Shown: positions 51,701 to 62,960 of the stretch, piece after piece
Numbering within the stretch: position 1 is the stretch's first letter
How the letters are laid out: every line of letters begins with the position of its first letter
NCBI RefSeq assembly: GCF_046119375.1
Contig: NW_027362767.1
Span: 41,788,001-41,852,000, forward strand
From: Phyllobates terribilis
Taxonomy: Eukaryota
Reading direction: 5' to 3'
Length of the DNA: 64,000 bases
Program-made: the position numbers and the translations under genes
Notes under the pieces: model-generated
Told to the model about the DNA's origin: nothing
What the model saw: only the letters and a program-made list of their open reading frames with translations
Databases searched by the model: none

Positions 51701-54700
51701 TTTAGTTGGCCCATCATTTATTTTTCAACAGGACAATGACCCCAAACACACCTCCAGGCTGTGTAAGGGCTATTTGACCAAGAAGGAGAGTGATGGGGTG
51801 CTACGCCAGATGACCTGGCCTCCACAGTCACCAGACCTGAACCTAATCGAGATGGTTTGGGGTGAGCTGGACTGCAGAGTGACGGCAAAAGGGCCAACAA
51901 GTGCTAAGCATCTCTGGGAACTCCTTCAAGATTGTTGGAAGACCATTTCCGATGACTACCTCTTGAAGCTCATCAAGAGAATGCCAAGAGTGTGCAAAGC
52001 AGTCATCAAAGCAAAAGGTGGCTACTTTGAAGAACCTAGAATATAAGACATATTTTCAGTTGTTTCACACTTTTTTGTTAAGTATATAATTCCACATGTG
52101 TTAATTCATAGTTTTGATGCCTTCAGTGTGAATGTACAATTTTCATAGCCAGGAAAATACAGAAAAATCTTTAAATGAGAAGGTGTGTCCAAACTTTTGG
52201 TCTGTACTGTATATCATACTGTTACACTTCATACATGACCCTAATCCTCTCCTGCTCTGTATTCCAGATTACACAGTTCTGAGAGGATTCCGCATGAATG
52301 ACACAGACGGAGATTTCAGGTGCTGGCCGTCCTATAACCACCAGGGATGCCTGCTGTCCGTATACAGTGCGGCGGAGGCTGCTGACTTCTGCAACAGTCG
52401 TCCACAGTGTCACAACTTTGTCATTAGTCTGCAGAGGACATGGACTGGTATGTAGCCTGGGGCTGATATCGTATTTCCTCTATATAGTGTACTGTCATAC
52501 AGTGTACAAATAACCATACAGTGCATAACTATATAAGCTTAATACAGTTTGGTGCCAAAATAACAGGGACATACACTGACCTAAATATACTGTCATACAC
52601 TTGTCTAATACAGAGCGACCACTATATACTGCAAAAATAATAGTATTGACTATAATGCTTAGGTATATACCACCATACAGTGCTAAAATATTACTGCCAT
52701 ACAGTGACCAAATAACAAATCCATACATAAAGTAATTTATTAATAATGCTACGTAATGTGTAAATAATACCGCTATATAGTGAGCAAACAGCTTCATACA
52801 TAAAGAAAATAATAATTCTGTGTAATGTATAAATATTATCGTCATGTAGTGACCAAGTTACAGCTTCACAGATAAAGAAACTAATAATAATGTTATATAA
52901 TGTATAAATAACATTACTATACAGTGGCCAAATAACAGATAACAAGTGCGTGCATAAAGTAATCTAATAACAGTGCAATATATTGTAGAAATTTGGAAAT
53001 ACATTGACTAAATAACAGCTTGATACATAAAGTAATGTAAAAATAAAGTGATATAATGTATAAATAATGCCATCATACAGTCACCAAATAACAGGTCCCT
53101 GCATAAAGTAATCAAATAAATGTACAATAAGATGCAAAAAGTAATACTGTCATACAGAGATCATATAACAGCTTCATACATAGAGTAATCTAATAGCAAA
53201 GCTATCTAATATATAATTAATACTGTCATACCGTGACCATATAACAGGTTAATGCATAAAATAATAAAATAACGGTGTCATGTATGTATAAATAATATTG
53301 CCTTACAGTGGCTCAATAAAAATGTCATATATAATCTCATGACAGTCGATAATGTATAAATAGTACCACCATATAATAACCAAATAAAAGCTGTGCATAA
53401 AGTAATGTAATAATAGTGCAATACAATGTACTGTATAAGCAATCGCGCTATACACCTAATATTAAGATTGGTTGTGGCTGCACCTGGATTTTTACTCGCA
53501 AATTCAGCGGTGGATTTTGCCTGTAATCCATGTATTACATTGCAGATTAGTCACCCGTTTCCGAAGCTCGCAGCACTCCTCCTCCCTGCCCCTATATTTT
53601 AGCCCTATTTCATCCTCAATTTCCTGTTATTTTCTGATAGTCCTTCACTTTACGAGGCCTCGGCGCTGAGTTACTGTAAATTCTCATTTATCATGCTGTT
53701 TCCCAGCATGTTGCTGCTCTTTAGATCCCTATCACAGCAGTTATCCTGGTAATTATATTTGGGGAGTACGATGGCTCTTGCAGATACGTGGATCCTGGCA
53801 GCGGCACATTTTGATTATATTACGGAGGCTTTTATTACATGCCAGCACATAATGTGCCACAGGGCTCACGGTGTTGACAATATCTCAGAACTCTTTGTAT
53901 ACACTTTTAATCTTTGGAAAAGTGCTCAGCAGAGACATTCTGAAATACATTACATACGCCCCGTGTCCCCATGTGAGGGTTACGTGCGTGGAAATGCACT
54001 GATTGGAATCTCGGCTCGGGTCCAGGCTGTTTGTGTTTGGAATACCACGGTTTAGGGACATTTTGAGCCTCTGTTCCCGTAATCCTGGTGGGGAAGTCTT
54101 CCAAACAGCAGGTGTGGTCAAAACAGCTGGACTTAAAGAAGTATTCCCATCTCCAGGATCCTATCCCAATATCTAGTAGGTGTAATAATAATAATATTGG
54201 CAAATGCCTCCAATTAGAAATATAGTATAGTTCTCCTGATTAGCTATGTCGCTTACCCCATGAGCAGGGCATTGCTGTAACTTAGATATCCATGGTTATG
54301 ACCACTCATACAGTGACAGTTAGTTATTGGTGGTCGTAACCATGGATACTTAAGTTACTGCAATGCCCTGCACATGAGGTAAGCGACATAGCTAATCAGG
54401 CAAACTATACTACGTTTCTAATTGGAGGTATTTGCTAATATTATTATTACACCTACTACCTATTGGAATAGGATCTTGGAAATGGGAATACCTCTTTAAA
54501 GAGAATAGATGGAGGCAGGACACGCATAGACTGTTTCATTTGCTGGAGGAGGGGATATTTTGATATACATTTACTTTGGATTTATTTTATTTAATTTCTG
54601 TATTTTTTATTTTTTTTTAAATATTTACTCTATTTTTTTTTTACAAATGAATTAACCTTTCAATTTTATTTAAAGGGGTTGTGCTTGTTTAACAATCCCG

Positions 54701-57355
54701 CTAAAACAAAGTTGATCACACAATGTCTGCAAGGGAGCCAAAATGTTCCAAATGTTTAATTTTTCTGCAGCGCCCCTCAGGAGAAACAAAGGATTGCATT
54801 GTGACCATTGAAACCTATTAGCTGGTAATGCATGGGCGGGCTGGATCCTCCAGAAACATAGACTGTACTTCACTAAATATACAAAATCATAAATGAGGAT
54901 TCTGAATTTTGCACCCCCGCCATTTGTAACTCATACTTAACCTCGATTAACCCTTTAAATACATTTAAAGAGGACCAGTCACTTGCCATAAATATGTAAT
55001 GACATTTACCTGGTGTGTTCTCCTGAATCTGACGCTGATTTTCTTTTTTTCACTTGCCTTTCCATTCCTAAGATATAGCTCACTTCTCACTGTGTATAAA
55101 CCTAGTGTTTCAAGCCAAATGGGTGTGGTCTTCAAATCTGCTTGTAGGCTGTCTTCTTGAGCAACACACCCACTTGGTTAAAAAAGACTAGATTTACATA
55201 CAGGAAAGATAGGGCCATATTTCAGGAATGGAGAGTAGCAGGAACAAGAGAATAACAATTCCAGATTCAGGAGAACAGCGGTGTCTACACCAGGTAACCA
55301 TGGGCGTACCCAGGATCAAAACTAGGGGGGGGGGGGCAAGCCATGGTCACAGATACCCAAGAGAAATATATAGGTATATAGTACAGTGCAAAGATTTCAC
55401 TTCTTACATTATAGGAGTGATATCTATTGTAAATTCCACAATAGCTCAGAAACCGGCGAATCGCTCCACACAGTATACTGGCCCCCATAAAATGCTCCAT
55501 ACAGAATACTGGCCCCTATATAACACTCCATACAGGATACTGGCCCCTATATAACGCTCCATACAGAATACTGGCCCCTATATAACACTCCATACAGAAT
55601 ACTGGCCCCCATAAAATGCTCCATACAGGATACTGGTCTCCATATAACCCTCCATACGGAATACTGGCCCCCATATAACACTCCATGCAGGATACTGGCC
55701 CCCATATAACGCTCCATACAGAATACTGGCCCCCATATAACGCTCCATACAGGATACTGGCCCCCATATAATGCTCCATACAGAATACTGGCCCCCATAT
55801 AACGCTCCATGCAGGATACTGGCCCCCATATAACGCTCCATGCAGGATACTGGCCCCCATATAACGCTCCATGCAGGATACTGGCCCCCATATAACGCTC
55901 CATGCAGGCTGTTCCCCACACATAATGCCTCATGCAGGCTGTTCCCCCCCACATAATGCCCCACGCAGGCTGTTCCCCCCACATAATGCCCCATGCAGGC
56001 TGTCCCCCCCCATATAATGCCCCATGTAGGATGTCACCCCCCCTTATAATGCCCCATGCAGGATGACACACACCCCCCCTTCCTATAATGCCCCATGCAG
56101 GATGTCACACACCCCCCTCCCTTATAATGCCCCATACAGGATGTCACCCCCCCTCCCTTATAATGCCCCATACAGGATGTCACCCCCCCTCCCTTATAAT
56201 GCCCCATGCAGGATGTCACCCCCCCTCCCTTATAATGACCCATGCAGGATGTCACCCCCCCTCCCTTATAATCCCCCATGCAGGATGTCACACCCCCCCT
56301 CCCTTATAATGCCCCATGCAGGATGTCACCCCCCCCGCCCTCCTTATAATGCCCCATGCAGGATGTCACCCCCCCCGCCCTCCTTATAATGCCCCATGCA
56401 GGATGTCACCCCCCCCCCTTATAATGCCCCATGTAGGACGTCACACACCCCCACCTCACCCCCCTCCCTAATACTGCCACGGGCCTCCATACAATACAAA
56501 AAAAAAAATCAAATACTCACCTCACGTCTCACCTGCTGCCGCTGCTCCGGACTCCAGCGTCGCCGGCCTCACCCCCTCTGACCTGAGACGTCACAGTGCA
56601 GCAGCCGCAGAGGATGCAGGAGCTGCTGCGGAGGCACGGGGAGGGGTAAGTATTGTGCCGGGTGCCGGGGCCCTGAGCAAGTGGGGGGGAGCGGGCGCTG
56701 ACACCGCTCTCCTCCGCTCACGGGGTCCCATAGCGCGCGGGGTGCCTGACGGTGAGGGGCCCCCCCCCCCGCCTGCTCAGGGCCCCGGCATTTGCCCGGG
56801 TGCTGACGCCGGCCCTGATGTGCGGCGTGCGTCCCTGCTTCTAGGGGGGGCTGCTGCCCCCCCCTGCCCCACGGTATGTACGCCCATGCAGGTAACAACA
56901 ATTATATATTTACGGCAAGTGGCAGGTCCTCTTTAATTTAAAGAGGTCGTCCAGTTTTAATAAATTTGATCACACAGTCAGCTGTAATCACAAGGGAGCC
57001 CTCCAGCAGCATGTGCCTAATTTCCCTGCAGCGCCTCCACAGGTTGAAATGAAGCATTACATTGAGCCCATTGAAATCCATGAAAGTGACATAAAATTAT
57101 GGGCTAGTTTGATCCTCCAAGGAGAGCCCACCCTCTGCTATGGTTGATCCCTAATTCTGAAGCCACTTTCTGAATTCATTACTTACTAATAGGTGATTTG
57201 TTTTACCAAAGTAGACACTCGCATTAATGTTGTAATTTTTTCCCACAGGACGCTATCTTACTGCTTTTACCAAAAATTCCCTCCAGCTTGTACCAGATGA
57301 GAATTACAGTGTCTACGCGAAGCGATCAGGTCACAGCGACATGCAGGAGGGATGA
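33722..57355 (+). CDS. PKDCC: Extracellular tyrosine kinase PKDCC/VLK-like, 454 aa; join(33722-34222,36523-36645,38725-38996,39202-39281,39370-39471,52268-52447,57249-57355)
   Basis: Signal/anchor N-terminus, YIGSGFTK loop, ALK lysine, [50 protein letters not shown]. Exon phases match PKDCC, and the 1365-nt sum is open to TGA at 57353-57355. Probably a paralogue (pkdccb/pkdcc2 type). Confidence 0.92.
35978..36485. repeat. 22-bp minisatellite just upstream of PKDCC exon 2
   Basis: Unit CTACTCATGGTTGCCTGGGCAT, about 23 copies. Confidence 0.96.
37657..37856. mobile_element. 200-bp Tc1/mariner-type MITE
   Basis: Long TIRs CAAGTGCTTCTCACAAAATTAGAATATCATCAAAAAGTTAATTTATTTCAG and its reverse complement, TA on both sides. 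Confidence 0.85.
39600..40765. repeat. 25-bp minisatellite (continues at 49432-49560 and 49860-49920 beyond the insertions)
   Basis: Unit GTATAGTGTCCTCCACATGCCTCTG/CAT. Confidence 0.96.
41341..46541 (+). mobile_element. Young non-autonomous LTR retrotransposon (gag-only), LTRs 41341-42869 and 44860-46541
   Basis: TG...CA LTRs nearly identical, TSD CCAGG (41336-41340, 46542-46546), PPT ~44830-44856, no pol in the 1990-bp internal region. Confidence 0.95.
43013..45088 (+). CDS. 691-aa ORF: sushi-type gag capsid N-terminal domain plus acidic Ser/Pro/Glu-rich 75-aa and 57-aa repeats
   Basis: [43 protein letters not shown] matches the sushi/PEG10/RTL8/LDOC1-type gag motif. 171-bp repeats start at 44048, 44219, 44390 and 44561. 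The ORF runs into the 3' LTR. Confidence 0.75.
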   Translation: MDLSALVPADPPRYYGDPRQCRAFVEQCMLHFKAYPLYFPSDWAKVAFMIDYLAGDALKWVTPLWEAWDPVILDLQAFLVAFRMVFEDPNSEAPAEASLPNIPEQPRRVMCVGSAIVLQPNETTAHPESSQGDYAFRNTSLNLKRQSRRARLRGKPSRQGLSSLRPPDPNLEVPTEASSPCIPEKPQWVMCVGSAPVLLAEETSAHPDSTQENFLHPASDASFSLTGVHVQGCSKAVVTSESVHLYYLAEDPLLPPEPSGIPLDDKWRETSLHPVLNTLSASSCEPDNGYPKVVVTSESLHPSDQAEDLQLSPEPFGVLPGSERTETLLYSVPDTSLASSSESNLVYSEAEVTPESLHPSDQAEDLQLCSESFGVPPGGEWTETFLYPGSDTSLASSSESDLVYSEAEVTRESLHPSDQAEDRQLSPEPFGVPPGGEWTETFLYSVPDTSPASSSESDLVYSEAEVTRESLHPSDQAEDRQLSPEPFGVPPGGEWTETFLYSVPDTSPASSSESDLVYSEAVVFSEPLHSSDPAEDLQLFPESSGIPPDNKETVTFPHYVRDNPSISSCELDKMYLEAEITLKSLSPSNPVNDWPSNSLRKILAGLKKRGRKGGGTVTYLAASLHGGPSPTVQEGALDLLSRMSLWLPSMLSVCVCFCCLRAAPDHFLPFVPAVGHTPCASSAYCCLSLGI
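49568..49858. mobile_element. 291-bp insertion with a 212-bp perfect palindrome and 15-bp TSD
   Basis: Palindrome 49568-49779 centred on GATC with one mismatch. Direct repeat ATTAACATCAATAGT at 49553-49567 and 49859-49873. Confidence 0.72.
49984..50435. mobile_element. hAT-type MITE with internal minisatellite
   Basis: 8-bp TSD CCCTAAAC; termini CATACATGTCAAACTC / GAGTTTGACATCCCTG; internal ~31-32-bp TATGTGGGGCCCATTATACTGTATGGAGGAC repeats. Confidence 0.88.
50581..52209 (+). mobile_element. Tc1 transposon, full length, defective transposase (50995-52046)
   Basis: ~210-bp TIRs, TA flanks, MARKKQL start, WSDESKF / QQDNDPKH / SPDLNxIE DD34E motifs. Premature TGA at 51589-51591 and a frameshift near 51620. 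Confidence 0.96.
54137..54495. mobile_element. T2/Kolobok-type palindromic MITE
   Basis: TTAA flanks (54133-54136, 54496-54499); arms AGAAGTATTCCCATCTCCAGGATCCTAT / ATAGGATCTTGGAAATGGGAATACCTCT; nearly the whole element folds back. Confidence 0.88.
55299..56888. mobile_element. 1.6-kb non-autonomous hAT element carrying two minisatellite arrays
   Basis: TIR CATGGGCGTAC/GTACGCCCATG, 8-bp TSD CAGGTAAC; 31-bp array ~55470-55900 and ~33-bp array ~55900-56450. Confidence 0.88.
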
Positions 57356-57734
57356 AGCAGAGCGCTACACTCATCATTAGCGCTACACTCAATGTTATAT
57401 CCAGAGCGTGAAGCTCCTGGGACCCAACGTAAAATCTGTAACATGTCCCCTCACTTACCACGGGCTATTCATATGGGGCAGAAAGGCTTTTGGGCCCACT
57501 AAGATACCAGAGCTCAGGTGCAACTGATATCTTTGCACCCCCTATAGCTTCACCTCTGCCGAGAGCTGAGATCACAAATGAGATGAGAAGGAAACGGAAG
57601 CAGATCAGCCGCCAATCTGTGATCAGTAAGAATGAGGAAGACTTCAGTCAACTCAGAGTAACTATACACCGATAAAGGTTACTTCTAGATTTGGGAACAG
57701 CGGCTATTAGTGTTTGCAAACTAAAATTACTGCC

Positions 57735-60700
57735 AGTAAAGTAGTTATATTCTTGTACATTGGGGGCAGTATTATAGTAGTTATATTCTTGTACATAGGA
57801 GCAGTATTATAGTAGTTATATTCTTGTACATAGGAGCAGTATTATAGTAGTTATATTCTTGTACATAGGGGGCAGTATTATAGTAGTTATATTCTTGTAC
57901 ATAGGGGGCAGTATTATAGTAGTTATATTCTTGTACATAGGACCAGTATTATAGTAGTTCTATTCTTGTACATAGGAGCAGTATTATAGTAGTTATATTC
58001 TTGTATATAGGGGGCAGTATTATAGTAGTTATATTCTTGTACATTGGGGGCAGTATTATAGTAGTTATATTCTTGTACATAGGGGCAGTATTATAGTAGT
58101 TATATTCTTGTATATAGGGGGCAGTATTATAGTAGTTATATTCTTGTACATTGGGGGCAGTATTATAGTAGTTATATTCTTGTACATAGGAGCAGTATTA
58201 TAGTAGTTATATTCTTGTACATAGGGGGCAGTATTATAGTAGTTATATTCTTGTACATAGGGGGCAGCATTATAGTAGTTCTATTCTTGTACATAGGACC
58301 AGTATTATAGTAGTTATATTCTTGTACATAGGGGGCAGTATTATAGTAGTTATATTCTTGTACATAGGACCAGTATTATAGTAGTTATATTCTTGTATAT
58401 AGGGGGCAGTATTATAGTAGTTATATTCTTGTACATAGGAGCAGTATTATAGTAGTTACAGTATATTCTTGTACATAGGGGCATTATTATAGTAGTTATA
58501 TTATTGTACATGTTATGCACACGCCCGGACTGACTGGCGTGTGCGGGTGTTGTGGTTCCACTGGACCATGGACCGGAGAGTGCCTGGAGGGGCGTGACTA
58601 AGTATCTGGCCGATCCGACCAAGGTGGCACGACGGCATACGACGCCAGTGCACCAGGGAGAAACCGGGCAGAGGGACCAGGTGCTACTCCAGGTCAAACT
58701 CCGGACACGGGGGTTGACCCACACTGGAATTACTGGAACAGGCAGGTTAGGCTGGCACAGACTGGTGGATGTAAGCAAACACGGCAGGTATGCAGAGGGG
58801 TGGATACAGGCGAGTATGCAGGCAGGGAGGTACTGGCCGAAAGGACGGGCTGGAGCACAGTAAGGTTAAGACCCAGTACAGACTGGGTCACAGAACCGCA
58901 GATGCGGTAGACAACCACAGCAGAGAGGGAATGCCCAAAGCGGTGGGCAAGAACAGAGCAGGACGGGGCTGCAGGAGCAGCGAGCACAAGCAGGGCAGGA
59001 CAGGACTGCCGGAGCAGCAGGCAGAAGCAGGGCAGGACAGGACTGCCGGAGCAGCGGGCAGAAGCAGGGCAGGACAGGACTGCCGGAGCAGCGGGCAGAA
59101 GCAGGGCAGGACAGGACTGCCGGAGCAGCGGGCAGAAGCAGGGCAGGACAGGACTGCCGGAGCAGCGGGCAGAAGCAGGGCAGGACAGGACTGCCGGAGC
59201 AGCGGGCAGAAGCAGGGCAGGACAGGACTGCCGGAGCAGCGGGCAGAAGCAGGGCAGGACAGGACTGCCGGAGCAGCGGGCAGAAGCAGGGCAGGACAGG
59301 ACTGCCGGAGCAGTGAGCAAAAGGGTAAGAGCGGAGCAAGGCTGCCGGAGCAGTGAGCAAGGAGTCAGAGCAGGACGGACAGGGCTCTGTTCACACGGAA
59401 CAGACAGGAAGGGAAAGGCAGAGCCAGATACCCACAGGGTACTTGCAGTGAAGTAGCGAGGGGACCACAAACTCACAAACGGGAGTACAGAGACAACAAG
59501 CAGGAGTTAGGTACGAGTTCAGACTCTGCAGAAAAAGGAAAGGAACGGACATAGAGGCAAAACAGGTAAAGGATAGGAGAGAGTTCAGACTGGAACTGAG
59601 TGTACGGAAGAGACCGACACTGCAGCGGGATACAGGAGCGGGTCTGGGAATACGGCCCCCAGAGAGGCGGGATGAACAGGCAAGGAGCGTGTTCAGACAG
59701 GACAGACAAGATACAGGAACGGATCTAGGTAATCGGCCCCTAGAAGGCGGGAGGAACAGGCTAGGAGCGTGTTCAGACAGGCCTGGAAATACAGCCTCCA
59801 GGAAAGGCAGCAGGCAAGAGTACACAGACAGGACTCAGTTCAGACACGGGAACTGATACCGCAAGGCAGGAGACATAGACAGGACTCAGTTCAGACAGGA
59901 ACAGATACCGCAAGGCAGGGACACAAACAGGACTCTGTTCAGACGGGAACAGATACCGCAAGGCACAGACAGGCAGATCTAGGAATACGGCCCCTAGAAG
60001 GCGAAAGAACAGGCAAGAAGCGTGTTCACAAGAACAGACCACAGTTCAGACACAGAACTGGAAAACAGGCAGGAAAACAGGATAGGACCTGGCATGTCAG
60101 AGACAAAAAGCCGACTGACAGGACACAATGCTCAGGCGCCATCTTGAGGAAGAAGGTGGTATAAATACCCAAAGATGGACAGCAATAGGCTGAAGGTGCA
60201 ACAGGGGCGTGTCCGCAGAAGGTACAAGAAACAGGAAGTTCAGCGGGCGTCGCCCTATGCAGCCAAAACAGACAAACAGACAGCAAGGAGGGAAGCCAGA
60301 GAGACATTCTGGACTGGAGATCAAGTGCGCGCTCTTGCACAGTGGGAGATGGACCACCATGCAAGGACGCCGCCAGGTATGTTACAGTACATAGGAGCAG
60401 TATTATAATAGTTATATTCTTGTACATAGGGAGCAGTATTTTAGTAGTTATATTTTTGTACATAGGGGGTAGTATTATAGTAGTTATATTCTTGTACATA
60501 GGGGCAGTATTATAGTAGTTATATTCTTGTACATAGGGGCAGTATTATAGTAGTTATATTCTTGTACATAGGGGGCAGTTTTATAGTAGTTATATTCTTG
60601 TACATAGGGAGCAGTATTATAGTAGTTATATTATTATACATAGGGGCTGTATTATAGTAGTTATATTCTTGTACATAGGGGGCAGTATTATAGTAGTTAT

Positions 60701-60845
60701 ATTCTTGTACATAGGAGCAGTATTATAGTAGTTATATTCTTGTGTATATAAGGGGCAGTATTATAGTAGTTATATTCTTGTACATAGGGGGCAGTATTAT
60801 AGTAGTTATATTCTTGTACATAGGGGGCAGTATTATAGTAGTTAC
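57735..60845. repeat. 34-36-bp minisatellite interrupted by a solo LTR
   Basis: Unit TAGTAGTTATATTCTTGTACATAGGGGGCAGTATTA at 57735-58510 and 60387-60845. Confidence 0.95.
58511..60386 (-). mobile_element. Solo LTR related to the 41341 element
   Basis: The minus strand begins TGTAACATACCTGGCGGCGTCC and ends GTGTGCATAACA like the 41341 LTRs. TSD GTACA (58506-58510, 60387-60391); internal 37-bp array ~58990-59310. Confidence 0.93.
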
Positions 60846-61096
60846 ATTCAAAAACTGCCTCTCATTGACCCCCTAAAACACAGTCGTGGGAAACCGATGG
60901 GTTATCGTGTCCTACTGAAGGCCCCTATCTATAACTGCCATCTTGGTCTTCCAACTTATGGAAGAACGTTATTTTAACTTTACACTGAAGTACTGTAGTA
61001 TTGCAGTATCTAGAATAAGCGATGAATTGTACCCTAAGAAGACAACAAAAATAAAGTGAAAAAAAAAAGTGAAATAAAAAGGTATATATATATATA

Positions 61097-62716
61097 CAGT
61101 ACAGACCAAAAGTTTGGACACACCTTCTCATTTAAAGATTTTTCTGTATTTTCATGACTATGAAAATTGTACATTCACACTGAAGGCATCAAAACTATGA
61201 ATTACCACATGTGGAATTATATACTTAACAAAAAAGTGTGAAATAACTGAAAATATGTCTTATATTCTAGGTTCTTCAAAGTAGCCGCCTTTTGCTTTGA
61301 TGACTGCTTTGCACACTCTTGGCATTATCTTGATGAGCTTCAATAGGTAGTCACTGGAAATGGTTTTCACTTCACAGGTGTGCCCTGTCAGGTTTAATAA
61401 GTGGGATTTCTTGCCTTATAAATGGGGTTGGGACCATCAGTTGTGTTGTGCAGAAGTCTGGTGGATACACAGCTGATAGTCCTACTGAATAGACTGTTAG
61501 CTGCTTTTTTCTTGCCATAATACAAATTCTAAGTAAAGAAAAACGAGTGGCCATCATTACTTTAAGAAATGAAGGTCAGTCCGAAAAATTGGAAAACTTT
61601 GAAAGTGTCCCCAAGTGCAGTTGCAAAAACCATCAAGCGCTACAAAGAAACTGGCTCACATGAGGACTGCCCCAGGAAAGGAAGACCAAGAGTCACCTCT
61701 GCTTCTGAGGATAAGTTTATCCGAGTCACCAGCCTCAGAAATCGCAGGTTAACAGCAGCTCAGATTAGAGACCAGGTCAATGCCACACAGAGTTCTAGCA
61801 GCAGACACATCTCTACAACAACTGTTAAGAGGAGACTGTGCAGCAGGCCTTCATGGTAAAATAGCTGCTAGGAAACCACTGCTAAGGACAGGCAACAAGC
61901 AGAAGAGACTTGTTTGGGCTAAAGAACACAATGAATGGACATTAGACCAGTGGAAATCTGTGCTTTGGTCTGATGAGTCCAAATTTGAGATCTTTGGTTC
62001 CAACCACCGTGTCTTTGTGCGACGCAGAAAAGGTGAACGGATGCACTGTACATGCCTGGTTCCCACCGTGAAGCATGGAGGAGCAGGTGTGATGGTGTGG
62101 GGGTGCTTTGCTGGTGACACTGTTGGGTATTTATTCAAAGTTGAAGGCACACTGAACCAGCATGGCTACCACAGCATCTTGCAGCGGCATGCTATTCCAT
62201 CCGGTTTGCGTTTAGTTGGACCATCATTTATTTTTCAACAGGACAATGACCCCAAACACACCTCCAGGCTGTGTAAGGGCTATTTGACCAAGAAGGAGAG
62301 TGATGGGGTGCTACGCCAGATGACCTGGCCTCCACAGTCACCAGACCTGAACCCAATCGAGATGGTTTGGGGTGAGCTGGACCTCAGCGTGAAGGCAAAA
62401 GGGCCAACAAGTGCTAAGCATCTCTGGGAACTCCTTCAAGATTGTTGGAAGACCATTTCCGGTGACTACCTCTTGACGCTCATCAAGAGAATGCCAAGAG
62501 TGTGCAAAGCCGTCATTAAAGCAAAAGGTGGCTACTTTGAAGAACCTAGAATATAAGACATATTTTCAGTTGTTTCACACTTTTTTGTTAAGTATATAAT
62601 TCCACATGTGTTAATTCATAGTTTTGATGCCTTTAGTGTGAATGTACAATTTTCATAGTCATGAAAATGCAGAAAAATCTTTAAATGAGAAGGTGTGTCC
62701 AAACTTTTGGTCTGTA

Positions 62717-62719
<3 letters not shown>
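61097..62719 (+). mobile_element. Tc1 transposon, full length, start codon inverted, frameshifted
   Basis: Same family as 50581-52209, inserted in (TA)n. 28-bp inversion at 61501-61528 and small deletions near 61580 and 61837. The C-terminal DD34E part (61780-62556) is open. Confidence 0.96.
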
Positions 62720-62767
<48 letters not shown>

Positions 62768-62790
62768 TTATTATTATTATTTTTTATTAT
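62720..62790. repeat. (TA)n then (ATT)n microsatellite
   Basis: Read directly. Confidence 0.9.
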
Positions 62791-62830
62791 TATAGCGCCA
62801 TTTATTCCATGGCACTTTACATGTGAACAA

Positions 62831-62960
62831 NNNNNNNNNNNNNNNNNNNNNNNNNNNNNNNNNNNNNNNNNNNNNNNNNNNNNNNNNNNNNNNNNNNNNN
62901 NNNNNNNNNNNNNNNNNNNNNNNNNNNNNNNNNNNNNNNNNNNNNNNNNNNNNNNNNNNN
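62831..62960. other. Assembly gap (130 N)
   Basis: Run of N. Confidence 1.

Noticed and set aside
58350-60499. Multiple 130-250 aa ORFs in the solo LTR
   Set aside because: Low-complexity translations of LTR-internal 37-bp repeats.
228-60845. Tandem arrays as CRISPR loci
   Set aside because: Units are contiguous with no unique spacers, there are no cas genes, and the context is eukaryotic.
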